Below, in pieces: positions 1 through 8,069 of a stretch of 64,000 nt of DNA. Every line of letters starts with the position of its first letter. Within the stretch, counting starts at the first letter, position 1. Source of the DNA: an uncultured virus (IMG/VR IMGVR_UViG_3300014050_000019). Its lineage: Duplodnaviria; Heunggongvirae; Uroviricota; Caudoviricetes. The stretch lies in IMG/VR virus record IMGVR_UViG_3300014050_000019. One strand, 5' to 3'. A program made the position numbers and the translations under genes. Under the pieces are notes generated by a model. That model did not search any database. It was not told the DNA's origin and was given only the letters and a program-made list of their open reading frames with translations.

Positions 1-152
1 ATGGTTAGGAACCATAGTGCTACAGAGGCTAGGGTTACATAGCCCACTACTGTTTTAGCGCTTCCCTCTAATACTACCCAGGCTACAAAAAACCCTAGGA
101 ACGTGAAGTTTTCGCTAAGTATAGCTATTGCTCTTTTTTTCAACCAGTTCAT
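1..152 (-). CDS. small membrane protein (runs off window edge)
   Basis: Manual translation MNWLKKRAIAILSENFTFLGFFVAWVVLEGSAKTVVGYVTLASVALWFLT..., two hydrophobic segments, starts 3 nt after the upstream stop. Not in ORF track. Confidence 0.7.
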   Translation of the reverse strand, partial: MNWLKKRAIAILSENFTFLGFFVAWVVLEGSAKTVVGYVTLASVALWFLT

Positions 153-155
153 AAT

Positions 156-2633
156 TTACCCCCTTATTCTTAAAATTGCGCTGCCAAGAATCACTTGACC
201 AACTAAAATTGCTGCTACTAAAACTTCCTTGGCTTTTTGTCTTTCTTGTGGACTCATATCTGCCCCAATATTTGCCAATGCCTTAAATACTTCACATTTT
301 TGCTCTTCGGTTAATCCTTCAATTGCTTCGTCTGGATTAAAACATCCCGCAATTGCATTTACTAATGCAGCAGGTGATTCTAATGTAAGTAATGCTGAAG
401 CAACTTCTGCTGTAATGACAACAGGATTTCCATTAATATCGGTTCTAACTTCTACTGGTATTTCGGGTGGAAGGTCACGATATTCAAGACCTGCCTCCGC
501 AATGGCTGATGCAGTTACTGGCTCACCATTTGAAGATTGAATTAATGCATCTGCAACTAATTCTTTTTCGGCAAGTGTAAACTTACCATCTGCTGTTAAT
601 GCTTCAGAAAGATTATTAACCTCAGAAGATGTTATTTCTCCGTCAGACATTAATGCATCTAATACTGCTTCTGCATCTGATGCTGTTAAATTTCCATCAC
701 TAATTAAATTTTCTACTACTGAAATAATTTCTTCTACAGTTAATGGTGTCTCTTCTGCAGGTGGCTCCACAGCAGGTGGCTCTTCTGCAGGTGGCTCTTC
801 TGCGGGTGGTTCCACAACTGGTGGTTCTTCTGCGGGTGGTTCCACAACTGGTGGTTCTTCTGCGGGTGGTTCCACAACTGGTGGCTCTTCTGCGGGTGGT
901 TCCACAACTGGTGGTTCTTCTGCGGGTGGTTGTACAACTGGTGGAAGATCTATTATAACTGGTGGTTGTGCAGGAGGATTAGCAATTAAATTTGAACTTT
1001 GAGTAGATGGTATAGAAACAATAGTTTCAGAATATTGACTTACTGGTCCAGACCAGTTAGCAATTCTTATTGAATATGTCGCTCCTTCTTCAAGTCCTGT
1101 GAGTTGTATAGACTCTGGGGCACCATCAGTATTTAATGTTTGTCCAGCATATGGGTTATCTGCATTTGGAGTAACTGCAACTACTTGATAAAACCAAGTG
1201 TTTGGTGTATATCCAGTTGGTAATTCTGGAGCAACTGTTACCGTAGTTCCCTGAACAATTGTTTCTGAAATAATTGGAGCAGGGGTAGGAATCTTATTAG
1301 ATATTGCAGTAGTTAATTCTTGAGAATTTGTGTTTAATTCTGTTTGTAAATTTGTTTTTGTATTAGAAATTGTATTTATTGAATTGTTTAAAGATGATAT
1401 ATTTGATGCAAGCGTGGCATTTGCAGCATTATTTATAGCATTTTGAGTAACTACTGGAGTTAAGCTTTGATTAAGTTGAGCAATAGTAGCATTTGCTGAG
1501 TCAACTGCGGCTTGAACAGATGATGTATTTGGATCAACATATGGAGTAAATGACGCACCTTGACTTATTTGTCCAGCAAATCCAGATCCAGGGTTATTGT
1601 CTGTAATTGGAATAACTGTCCCATTGTTTGTTTGTCTATAATTAAATCTTGCACCATTAGGAATTGGGCCAGTAGCACTGACATTTGCTATCCATGCACC
1701 ATCTGTTGGATTAACATCAGCATTAAATCTTATTTGAACCATCTGTGTAGAAGCATCCATTTGAGGATAAGGACGAACATCCCAAGCAATATCTAAACTT
1801 GTTCCAGTAGTTGCATATGTAATTCCTGTTCCAGTACTCCAGGTAGTCCAGTCCCAACCAGCAATAGAAACTGATGGTGCAGTCGGTGTCTGATAATAGA
1901 TCCACCCTTGGTCTACGCCAAAAGTTATTGTTGCATTTGATCCAACATATACGTTATTATATAAAGTTCCCCCCATTTGCATTCCAAATGGTAAATTCAT
2001 TCTTATTCCAGCATCATCTACTCCAGCCAATACGTTAGTGCTAGTTCCAATTGTTGCCTGTAAATTATTTACTGCTGTTTGAGCATTATCAATAGCAATA
2101 TTTGCTTGAGTTAATTCTGTTTGTGCTGTTGCTTGTGCTGCTACAGAAGCATTTCTTGCAACAACTACTTCTGATACTGCTGTTTGAACAGTTGATGTAT
2201 CTATATTATTTATTGCAGTTTGTGCTGTAGATACGGTTTGTTTAGCATCTTGAACTATTTGTGAATTTTGATCTACTGGAGTAACAGATAAATCTACTGC
2301 ATTAATTGTAGCTGTTGCTGTATCTACTGCAGCCACACTAGATTGAGCTGTACTAACTAATTGATTAACTTGGGATATAGCAGCAGAAGCTTCTACTCTT
2401 TCGGCCTGTGCAACAGATATTAAAGCTGTAGCAGTGTCTGTTGCTGCTATTGCTTGTTGAACTTCTGTTGTGGCGGTTGCAAGTGCCGTGTTAACAGCTT
2501 GTTGTGCAGGACTTACAACTACCTGTTCTGCTGGAGCTGGTGGCTCATCAGCATAAGAAGATGTTGGTCCAAAAATAAAAAGCCAGCCTACAACAATCAG
2601 GCTGGTTAGTAGGTATTTTGCCCTTCTAGTCAA
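156..2633 (-). CDS. secreted/membrane-anchored surface protein with Ala/Thr/Gln coiled coil, NIDO-like and FN3-like domains, and Pro-Glu repeats
   Basis: Signal-peptide-like N-terminus (..GPTSSYA|DE), NIDO-like DD..LPF....G..YN.VYVGSN segment, PPAEEPPVVE repeats, C-terminal hydrophobic helix plus RIRG. TTG start with AGGAG RBS. Confidence 0.65.
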   Translation of the reverse strand: MTRRAKYLLTSLIVVGWLFIFGPTSSYADEPPAPAEQVVVSPAQQAVNTALATATTEVQQAIAATDTATALISVAQAERVEASAAISQVNQLVSTAQSSVAAVDTATATINAVDLSVTPVDQNSQIVQDAKQTVSTAQTAINNIDTSTVQTAVSEVVVARNASVAAQATAQTELTQANIAIDNAQTAVNNLQATIGTSTNVLAGVDDAGIRMNLPFGMQMGGTLYNNVYVGSNATITFGVDQGWIYYQTPTAPSVSIAGWDWTTWSTGTGITYATTGTSLDIAWDVRPYPQMDASTQMVQIRFNADVNPTDGAWIANVSATGPIPNGARFNYRQTNNGTVIPITDNNPGSGFAGQISQGASFTPYVDPNTSSVQAAVDSANATIAQLNQSLTPVVTQNAINNAANATLASNISSLNNSINTISNTKTNLQTELNTNSQELTTAISNKIPTPAPIISETIVQGTTVTVAPELPTGYTPNTWFYQVVAVTPNADNPYAGQTLNTDGAPESIQLTGLEEGATYSIRIANWSGPVSQYSETIVSIPSTQSSNLIANPPAQPPVIIDLPPVVQPPAEEPPVVEPPAEEPPVVEPPAEEPPVVEPPAEEPPVVEPPAEEPPAEEPPAVEPPAEETPLTVEEIISVVENLISDGNLTASDAEAVLDALMSDGEITSSEVNNLSEALTADGKFTLAEKELVADALIQSSNGEPVTASAIAEAGLEYRDLPPEIPVEVRTDINGNPVVITAEVASALLTLESPAALVNAIAGCFNPDEAIEGLTEEQKCEVFKALANIGADMSPQERQKAKEVLVAAILVGQVILGSAILRIRG
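751..944. repeat. 30-bp tandem repeat encoding PPAEEPPVVE
   Basis: Five near-perfect copies of tcttctgcgggtggttccacaactggtggt at 796-944, plus degenerate copies at 751-795. Confidence 0.95.
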
Positions 2634-2676
2634 TTAGGTTTCTCCTAAGTAAAACAATACTTTTGTTTACTTAAGA

Positions 2677-2685
2677 ATTATAACA
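2677..2685 (-). promoter_or_regulatory. extended -10 promoter for surface protein gene
   Basis: TGtTATAAT in the intergenic gap. Confidence 0.6.
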
Positions 2686-2714
2686 CAATGATCTTATTAA
2701 ATTAAACTAGTTAA

Positions 2715-2900
2715 CTACTTTGGATTATCTGTTTTGTAAAAGCCACTGCCTTTAAACTGAATGCCAAATCCGCCATAGTGTCTTTGCAATCTCTTACCAC
2801 ATTCATTACACAAGTATGTTGGTTCTACAGAAGTTATTGATCTTTCTTTAGGGACTATACTATCTGGTGAACACTCACACTTATACTCGTAAATAGGCAT
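2715..2900 (-). CDS. FmdB-family zinc-ribbon protein
   Basis: MPIYEYKC..C...C..C and the FKGSGFYKTD signature. Confidence 0.85.
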   Translation of the reverse strand: MPIYEYKCECSPDSIVPKERSITSVEPTYLCNECGKRLQRHYGGFGIQFKGSGFYKTDNPK

Positions 2901-3307
2901 TACTTACCGCTCTTTTTTCTCTTTTCTGCTAAGGCTGCAAAATCTTTGACCTTAGTTTCTCCCATATATGACCATGCATAGCCATCTTCAATCATCTGTT
3001 CATTAACCGACTTTGTATTGCCATCAATATAGACCCAGCCAAGTATTCTTCCATACTTCTCTGAACTGTCTGGTTTTTCTGTCTTTACAACTATTTCTTT
3101 AGCATCTTTAAACTTATACTTCAAATAATCTTTTGCTTCAATTCCCAAACTTTTTTCAAACTTATCTGAGGTTCTAGATTCTGGAGTATCAATCCCAGCC
3201 AATCTTAATCTTTGAGAATAGGAGATGCTGAATCCAAGATCGATATCAACATCAATGGTGTCTCCGTCCACTATTTTTGTGACTTGCTTAACTCTGTATT
3301 CAAACAT
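2900..3307 (-). CDS. thermonuclease (SNase-like) family protein
   Basis: VDGDTIDV, RLRLAGIDTPES and KYGRILG motifs. Confidence 0.9.
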   Translation of the reverse strand: MFEYRVKQVTKIVDGDTIDVDIDLGFSISYSQRLRLAGIDTPESRTSDKFEKSLGIEAKDYLKYKFKDAKEIVVKTEKPDSSEKYGRILGWVYIDGNTKSVNEQMIEDGYAWSYMGETKVKDFAALAEKRKKSGK

Positions 3308-3326
3308 AATTCTCCTTAAATTTTAA

Positions 3327-3409
3327 TGAGCAGTTTCGGGACATGCTCAGGTCCATCCTTCGGGTAGCGACCCGAATAATCTGCGACTCCCCAGTGACGG
3401 GGTGCAGAT
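3327..3409 (-). ncRNA. structured leader RNA: two hairpins plus an H-type pseudoknot
   Basis: ATCTGC-a-CCCC/GGGG-agtc-GCAGAT hairpin, TTCGGGT/ACCCGAA hairpin, then crossed stems GGAC/GTCC and TGAGCA/TGCTCA. Lies downstream of TATAAT at 3414-3419. Confidence 0.6.
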
Positions 3410-3423
3410 CTTTATTATACTAT

Positions 3424-3849
3424 TTATTTGACCTTAATAGTCTTAGGCTTTTTCTCTTCTGGTAGAATGCGTACAATATCAATCTTAAGCATTCCATCCT
3501 TTAGTTCCGCAGCCTTTACTTCCATATACTCACCAAGGGCCCACTCACGAGTAAATTTACGGGCAGCAATTCCACGGTGGATAAACTTCGAATCGTTATC
3601 CTCTGTGTTTAATTCTCCCTTTACGGTAAGTTTGCCATCTGCTGTTGATACATCAATATCTGTTTTACTAAAACCAGCAACGGCTAATTCGACAACAAAA
3701 TTGTCTTCGTCTACCTTGATTACATTATATGGCGGATAGTTAGTTGCGCTAGATACATTTTGAACATGATTCCATGTATCTAAAGCCCTATCAAATCCAA
3801 TAAAAAATGGGTCCTTGAAAAGGTCCCATGCGAAATGTGTTGTTACCAT
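3424..3849 (-). CDS. hsp20: small heat shock protein, Hsp20/IbpA family
   Basis: NYPPYNV, ELAVAGF, HRGIAARKFTR and LKDGMLKI motifs. Confidence 0.95.
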   Translation of the reverse strand: MVTTHFAWDLFKDPFFIGFDRALDTWNHVQNVSSATNYPPYNVIKVDEDNFVVELAVAGFSKTDIDVSTADGKLTVKGELNTEDNDSKFIHRGIAARKFTREWALGEYMEVKAAELKDGMLKIDIVRILPEEKKPKTIKVK

Positions 3850-3850
3850 T

Positions 3851-3907
3851 TTATTCCTCCTTCAAGCGAATAAGTTAATTTGTGTGGGTCCCTGACGGCG
3901 ACCCACA
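3851..3907 (-). promoter_or_regulatory. ROSE-like RNA thermometer in hsp20 5' UTR
   Basis: UUAUUC-G-CUU-gaag-GAG-GAAUAA hairpin pairs UCGCU with the Shine-Dalgarno, preceded by a TGTGGGTC/GACCCACA hairpin. Confidence 0.65.
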
Positions 3908-3910
3908 TAT

Positions 3911-3939
3911 ATTATACCAAATTATATTTTGAATTACAA
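3911..3939 (-). promoter_or_regulatory. sigma70/SigA-type promoter for hsp20
   Basis: TTGTAA-17-TATAAT with TG extension. Confidence 0.7.
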
Positions 3940-4110
3940 AATTCTTTTTTGTTCTTTTGCCTTTTCTTCATTTGCTGTTGCGGCATATAAAGCTCTTTGG
4001 TGAGCGGCTGCCCTGCTTTTACTTGGGTGGCAACCCTTTAATTCACCTTTGTCATTCACTACTGCCCAACCTTTACATCCAGCAACATTTTGTTTTACAT
4101 TGTATGGCAT
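3934..4110 (-). CDS. small basic hypothetical protein (58 aa)
   Basis: Manual translation MPYNVKQNVAGCKGWAVVNDKGELKGCHPSKSRAAAHQRALYAA..., strong AGGAGG RBS. Not in ORF track. Confidence 0.75.
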   Translation of the reverse strand: MPYNVKQNVAGCKGWAVVNDKGELKGCHPSKSRAAAHQRALYAATANEEKAKEQKRIL

Positions 4111-4118
4111 ATATCCTC

Positions 4119-4568
4119 CTAATTAATTGTTTGCTTTAAGCTAGATCGTAACCACCAGCCCCAGAACTCGTGCTTATCTTGACGATCTGCCAAGAAATTT
4201 GCAAGGCCCTGCTCCTTTTGAAGAGTTGCTTCATCAAACATTACTTTGATATCAGAAATCATTTTATCATTCATTGTCAATAGTTGTCTTGTCATTGATA
4301 CTGGAGAATTAGAATCTAGCTGAACATCTCCATAATTATTATTAGAAATAAAATCTGTAAGAGTATAAGGAGCAACAACATCAAACTTTCTCAACCATTC
4401 TGAAATTGTATCAATTGTGTCATCAATATCTTCATAAATTTCTTTAAAAAATGCATGGTATTGTGTAAATAATGGACCCTCTACGTTCCAATGAAATCCA
4501 TGTGCTGTGCTTTTAAATACAACAGAATTTGCCTGCCATGTTTTAAGCATATTAATTAATCTATCCAT
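4119..4568 (-). CDS. dps: Dps-family ferritin-like protein
   Basis: HGFHWNVEGPLF...H.FF.E.Y......D...E ferroxidase pattern and C-terminal W.LRS. Confidence 0.9.
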   Translation of the reverse strand: MDRLINMLKTWQANSVVFKSTAHGFHWNVEGPLFTQYHAFFKEIYEDIDDTIDTISEWLRKFDVVAPYTLTDFISNNNYGDVQLDSNSPVSMTRQLLTMNDKMISDIKVMFDEATLQKEQGLANFLADRQDKHEFWGWWLRSSLKQTIN

Positions 4569-4576
4569 CTTGTCTC

Positions 4577-4897
4577 CTAATCGTTAGGGATATCCTTGTT
4601 TAAATCCATTTCAACAAGCCCTTTTTCTTTTGCCACTCTATGTCCTTCTGGCGTAAGATGAAGTGTGGCTTCTAAGTTTTCATCATACTCTACTTCAATA
4701 AAACCCTGTTCGTATAATTCCATTAATGATCTATCTACATATTCTGTATGAGATTGCCATAATTCTGGAGCTATGTCTTTAGCAAGGTCTGTTATGCTAT
4801 AAATAATTTCTCCGCTTTCATCTACTCCCTCAAAACTAACTGCACCAATTTCTAGGTAGTAAGCTAACTTTTCATCACTTTCATCTGGCTCTTGCAT
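4577..4897 (-). CDS. acidic hypothetical protein, possible winged helix
   Basis: L..L.E.GFIEV...LTPEG pattern; RBS present. Confidence 0.5.
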   Translation of the reverse strand: MQEPDESDEKLAYYLEIGAVSFEGVDESGEIIYSITDLAKDIAPELWQSHTEYVDRSLMELYEQGFIEVEYDENLEATLHLTPEGHRVAKEKGLVEMDLNKDIPND

Positions 4898-4909
4898 TAT
4901 TCTCCTTTG

Positions 4910-4983
4910 TGCAACAGGTAGGACTTGAACCTACGATAGCCGAATTATGAGTTCGGGGCCTTAACCAACTTGGCTACTGTTGC
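4910..4983 (-). tRNA. tRNA with CAT anticodon (Ile2/lysidine type or elongator Met); CCA not encoded
   Basis: Cloverleaf: acceptor GCAACAG/CTGTTGC, D arm GCC/GGC, anticodon arm CCGAA-CTCATAA-TTCGG, T arm GTAGG-TTCAAGT-CCTAC. Confidence 0.92.
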
Positions 4984-4990
4984 CAAGTAT

Positions 4991-5242
4991 CTATTGTAAC
5001 GTTCCGTCTTCATTTTTGTCAATGGTAGTCTCTACTATTTGCTGAACATATTCAGAAAAATGCTTTCTAATATTTCCAGCTGGCCTAGAACCCAAAGATT
5101 TCCATAACCTCTTATATTCTATCACATTTGCAAAACTTGTGGGACATAGCATTACGCCACCATATTCTTTAAGTGTTGTAGGAAGCGGAACATGCTTACC
5201 ACAACATTTACATTCCTTAGCTTTTTCTTGATATATACTCAT
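4991..5242 (-). CDS. hypothetical protein with Cys cluster
   Basis: CKCCG...LCPT; start overlaps terminase stop. Confidence 0.6.
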   Translation of the reverse strand: MSIYQEKAKECKCCGKHVPLPTTLKEYGGVMLCPTSFANVIEYKRLWKSLGSRPAGNIRKHFSEYVQQIVETTIDKNEDGTLQ

Positions 5243-7026
5243 ACTATTTCCATTCCGTCTAGTGCATTTGACAATGCTTGAGGCATCCTTGGAGGCCTTA
5301 TCATATTTGTCGATATAGTTTCTTCTTCTTCTCTATCCCACTTTAAAGAATCATAGGTATGTATATCTATTGTTTCATTGTTTTGTGGTTTGCTTCTGCT
5401 TATAGCATTATAAACAGATCCACAAACTGCATCAGCCAAGTCTTTTGAACCTTTTCTTGGGTGATCAACTCTATCTCTCATAATTTTTAATTGAAGTAAT
5501 TCGTCTATCAGAAGTTTTATAGCTGGACCACTTAATCTGTCTTCTGCTACAACCATTGCCATATCGTCATAATGTTTCTTAGAAACAGATAGCGTTTCTG
5601 TATTAATTCCATATTGTTTTAATTGCTGCATCATATCATGAGAGTTCCAGCGGTCAAAAGTACAGACACGTATTTTAAATCCTTTAGTTCTAAGAGAAAG
5701 AATATAGTCTTTAACTTCTGTAAAGTCTACGGATTTATCTGGAGTTGGGGTCCAGTATCTTACTACATCAACTTCTACAATTGGTGCTGGTTGAGAGTAT
5801 GTATCTGTAACTTTTACATTGACCCATTTTTGTACGTGAGACATTGCTACAGCACAATGGTCATGTTTTTGTGCTAAGTCTACGTGAATAAAATATTCTT
5901 TATCTGGATCTGGCGCAAACCAATCTTCAAATCTTCCAAAACTATCTACTGCTATGGCCATATTGCTAAAAGCTTTTTCAATCTTTTCTCGTGATTTAAA
6001 AAATGCGTCAATTGCTTCAGACGGCATACATGCAAATCTTCCCAGAGCATCTGGAGCATTTTTATAAAATGCCACTTTAAAATCATCAATAGATCTGGTT
6101 GGATTAATTTCCCAAGTAGGTCTTCTTAGTGCATACATTCTAGGATACTTGTAAGATAAAATATGATCTTCTTCCCACTCAATATCAAATTCATTTCCTT
6201 CTGTTCCATCTGGAAGATTTTCATCTAATTTAAAATGATGTGTTCTATTAATAACTTCTTTTTCTGCAACTACGTCATCATATCTTTGCTGAATATAATC
6301 ATTTTTATATCTAGGAAATGAGAGCAGAATTACCTTGCCATAATCTGGAAAACGAGAGTCTACTGAGGCACGATACATTTCATATATAAGGCTTCCAGTC
6401 TTTGCTTGCTCATGACCAGTTGTATTCTCTACGCTAAAACCAGAAATTTCATCAAGGATAACCACAATTACGTTATAGCCTTCCCATGCTTCACGCTCTG
6501 AGTGACCTGAATGCACCGTAATATTTTTATTAAATTTAATTTCAGAAGCTTTTTCTGTATACTTTCCAACAAACCAAGCACATTTATCTATGCGTGTTCT
6601 AAAACCTTTAAAGAATACGTTATTCGCCTGCTGTGCGTTGATAGCAATATTAATAATATCAATAGAGTCTCCAGGTGGTTTACCGTAATATGATGCTGGA
6701 TCCTTGAGGCACAATAGTAAATATACTATATAGGCTACTGATATGGTTGAACAATAATCTTTTCCAGATCCTTTACCTAATTGAGCAACAACCTCATTAG
6801 CCGTTTGCTTAAACATTCTTTTGCCTTCATCTTCACCAAATAGTTTTATAAGCGTAGACTCTTTATACACCTGTGAAGATTTTTCAATTAATGTATATTG
6901 ATATTCAGAAAGTGGTGGAAGCCCCAAGTACTCTGGGCTTGTAACAAAAGTTCTTAAGTCTACTGGGCGTTCATCAAACTCTTCGCCGTCTAGCATGTCA
7001 ATTAAATCATTAAAATTAAGATCCAT
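5239..7026 (-). CDS. terL: terminase large subunit
   Basis: Walker A GKGSGKD, Walker B VVILDE, nuclease HVDLA..D, FDRWNS and DHP..GSKDLADAV. Start moved to ATG 7026 (TAATG overlap). Confidence 0.92.
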   Translation of the reverse strand: MDLNFNDLIDMLDGEEFDERPVDLRTFVTSPEYLGLPPLSEYQYTLIEKSSQVYKESTLIKLFGEDEGKRMFKQTANEVVAQLGKGSGKDYCSTISVAYIVYLLLCLKDPASYYGKPPGDSIDIINIAINAQQANNVFFKGFRTRIDKCAWFVGKYTEKASEIKFNKNITVHSGHSEREAWEGYNVIVVILDEISGFSVENTTGHEQAKTGSLIYEMYRASVDSRFPDYGKVILLSFPRYKNDYIQQRYDDVVAEKEVINRTHHFKLDENLPDGTEGNEFDIEWEEDHILSYKYPRMYALRRPTWEINPTRSIDDFKVAFYKNAPDALGRFACMPSEAIDAFFKSREKIEKAFSNMAIAVDSFGRFEDWFAPDPDKEYFIHVDLAQKHDHCAVAMSHVQKWVNVKVTDTYSQPAPIVEVDVVRYWTPTPDKSVDFTEVKDYILSLRTKGFKIRVCTFDRWNSHDMMQQLKQYGINTETLSVSKKHYDDMAMVVAEDRLSGPAIKLLIDELLQLKIMRDRVDHPRKGSKDLADAVCGSVYNAISRSKPQNNETIDIHTYDSLKWDREEEETISTNMIRPPRMPQALSNALDGMEIV

Positions 7027-7181
7027 TATATAGACCACCAGCCCTGCGGAGTAGCTTTTCCACTATCAATCCATTCTTTGTGTACTTTTGCTACTTCTTT
7101 CCAGTCAATTCTATGTGTAGGCAGGCCACATTTTGGGCACAAATCTGTGTCCATTTCTTTATAAACATGCTCACAATACAT
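7026..7181 (-). CDS. small zinc-binding hypothetical protein (51 aa)
   Basis: Manual translation MYCEHVYKEMDTDLCPKCGLPTHRIDW...; fills the gap and overlaps both neighbours. Not in ORF track. Confidence 0.7.
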   Translation of the reverse strand: MYCEHVYKEMDTDLCPKCGLPTHRIDWKEVAKVHKEWIDSGKATPQGWWSI

Positions 7182-7713
7182 TAGCCTCTTCTTCGTTTAG
7201 TACAACTGGTTCAACAATACCAGTAATTTGAGAAAGTCTTTTTGCCACATCCATCTTACATTTTGGACATGCCGCTGTTACCTCTTTTAATATTTTTACA
7301 AGAATATCTTGTTTGCGTTCTGTCTCTGCAATTTGATTTGCTAGTTCGGCATTATCAAGTAAACCAACTTCTTGAAGCATACCAATTCTTTTGCCTTCAA
7401 TATCAGCAATTAGTTTAAGCGCTCCTGATTTAACACTTAGTTGTCCAGCCTGGTCTGCATCTTCTACCGTCTTCCACGCTTCTTTAATTAACATGGCGTA
7501 GTGTTGGTCTGCTCCTGAGATAGCCTCTTTAGCCCTCTCACGGGCCGCTGTGTCGTTGTGTACAACGCTCTTCCACTCATCTATCAACTCAACAACTTCG
7601 GCTCTCTTAAAGCCTGTGAGGGTAGAAATTTGGGTTGGGTTATTACCTTTTAGCAGTTCTGAGACCACTACATTCATGCGATCAAAATGATCAGCTAATT
7701 CTATTTCAGACAT
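7171..7713 (-). CDS. HTH DNA-binding protein, probable terminase small subunit
   Basis: N-terminal HTH (LLKGNNPTQISTLTG), long helices, CxxC; sits upstream of terL. Confidence 0.6.
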   Translation of the reverse strand: MSEIELADHFDRMNVVVSELLKGNNPTQISTLTGFKRAEVVELIDEWKSVVHNDTAARERAKEAISGADQHYAMLIKEAWKTVEDADQAGQLSVKSGALKLIADIEGKRIGMLQEVGLLDNAELANQIAETERKQDILVKILKEVTAACPKCKMDVAKRLSQITGIVEPVVLNEEEANVL

Positions 7714-7720
7714 ATCTTAG

Positions 7721-7749
7721 AGTATACTCTTAGTCGACTAAAAAATCAA
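7721..7749 (-). promoter_or_regulatory. leaderless promoter for packaging operon
   Basis: TTGATT-17-TATACT, ATG 7 nt downstream, no SD. Confidence 0.65.
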
Positions 7750-8069
7750 CTGGATTTAGCTATTTTATATAATACTAGGTATCCTATGAGATCATCTATA
7801 TCATTATCCCCTGCAAATCCCTGATTATTCTTTACCCTATTTAGTTTATCATCAATGCGAACTTTTAATTGTTCTGTTGCATCCGTAGTAGAAAATATTC
7901 TAATTGGGTTCAAGGCTGAGTCTCCGTATGATATATTCTTATCAATAAGCATATGGGCAATCTCATGGCATGCCGCCCAGATCTTTGACCCAGATGGAGC
8001 ACCTACTGAATGAAGGTATAGGTCTTCACACTTAAAATCTGGTGCATCTTGAAATACTGGTCTTAACAT
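7746..8069 (-). CDS. DUF1599/Nmad1-like alpha-helical nucleotide-modification-associated protein
   Basis: KN.SYGDS...VRIDDKL.R...D.IDDLIGY motif. Confidence 0.65.
   Translation of the reverse strand: MLRPVFQDAPDFKCEDLYLHSVGAPSGSKIWAACHEIAHMLIDKNISYGDSALNPIRIFSTTDATEQLKVRIDDKLNRVKNNQGFAGDNDIDDLIGYLVLYKIAKSS

Noticed and set aside
740..958. Repetitive alternative-frame ORFs (HPQKNHQLWN and VVPQLVVLLR) and a possible CRISPR array
   Set aside because: By-products of the 30-bp coding tandem repeat; there are no unique spacers.
3327..3354. Hammerhead ribozyme (CTGAGCA...CGAAAC resembles CUGANGA...GAAA)
   Set aside because: The core does not match CUGANGA, no stem II can form between the motifs, and the bases are better explained by pseudoknot pairing.
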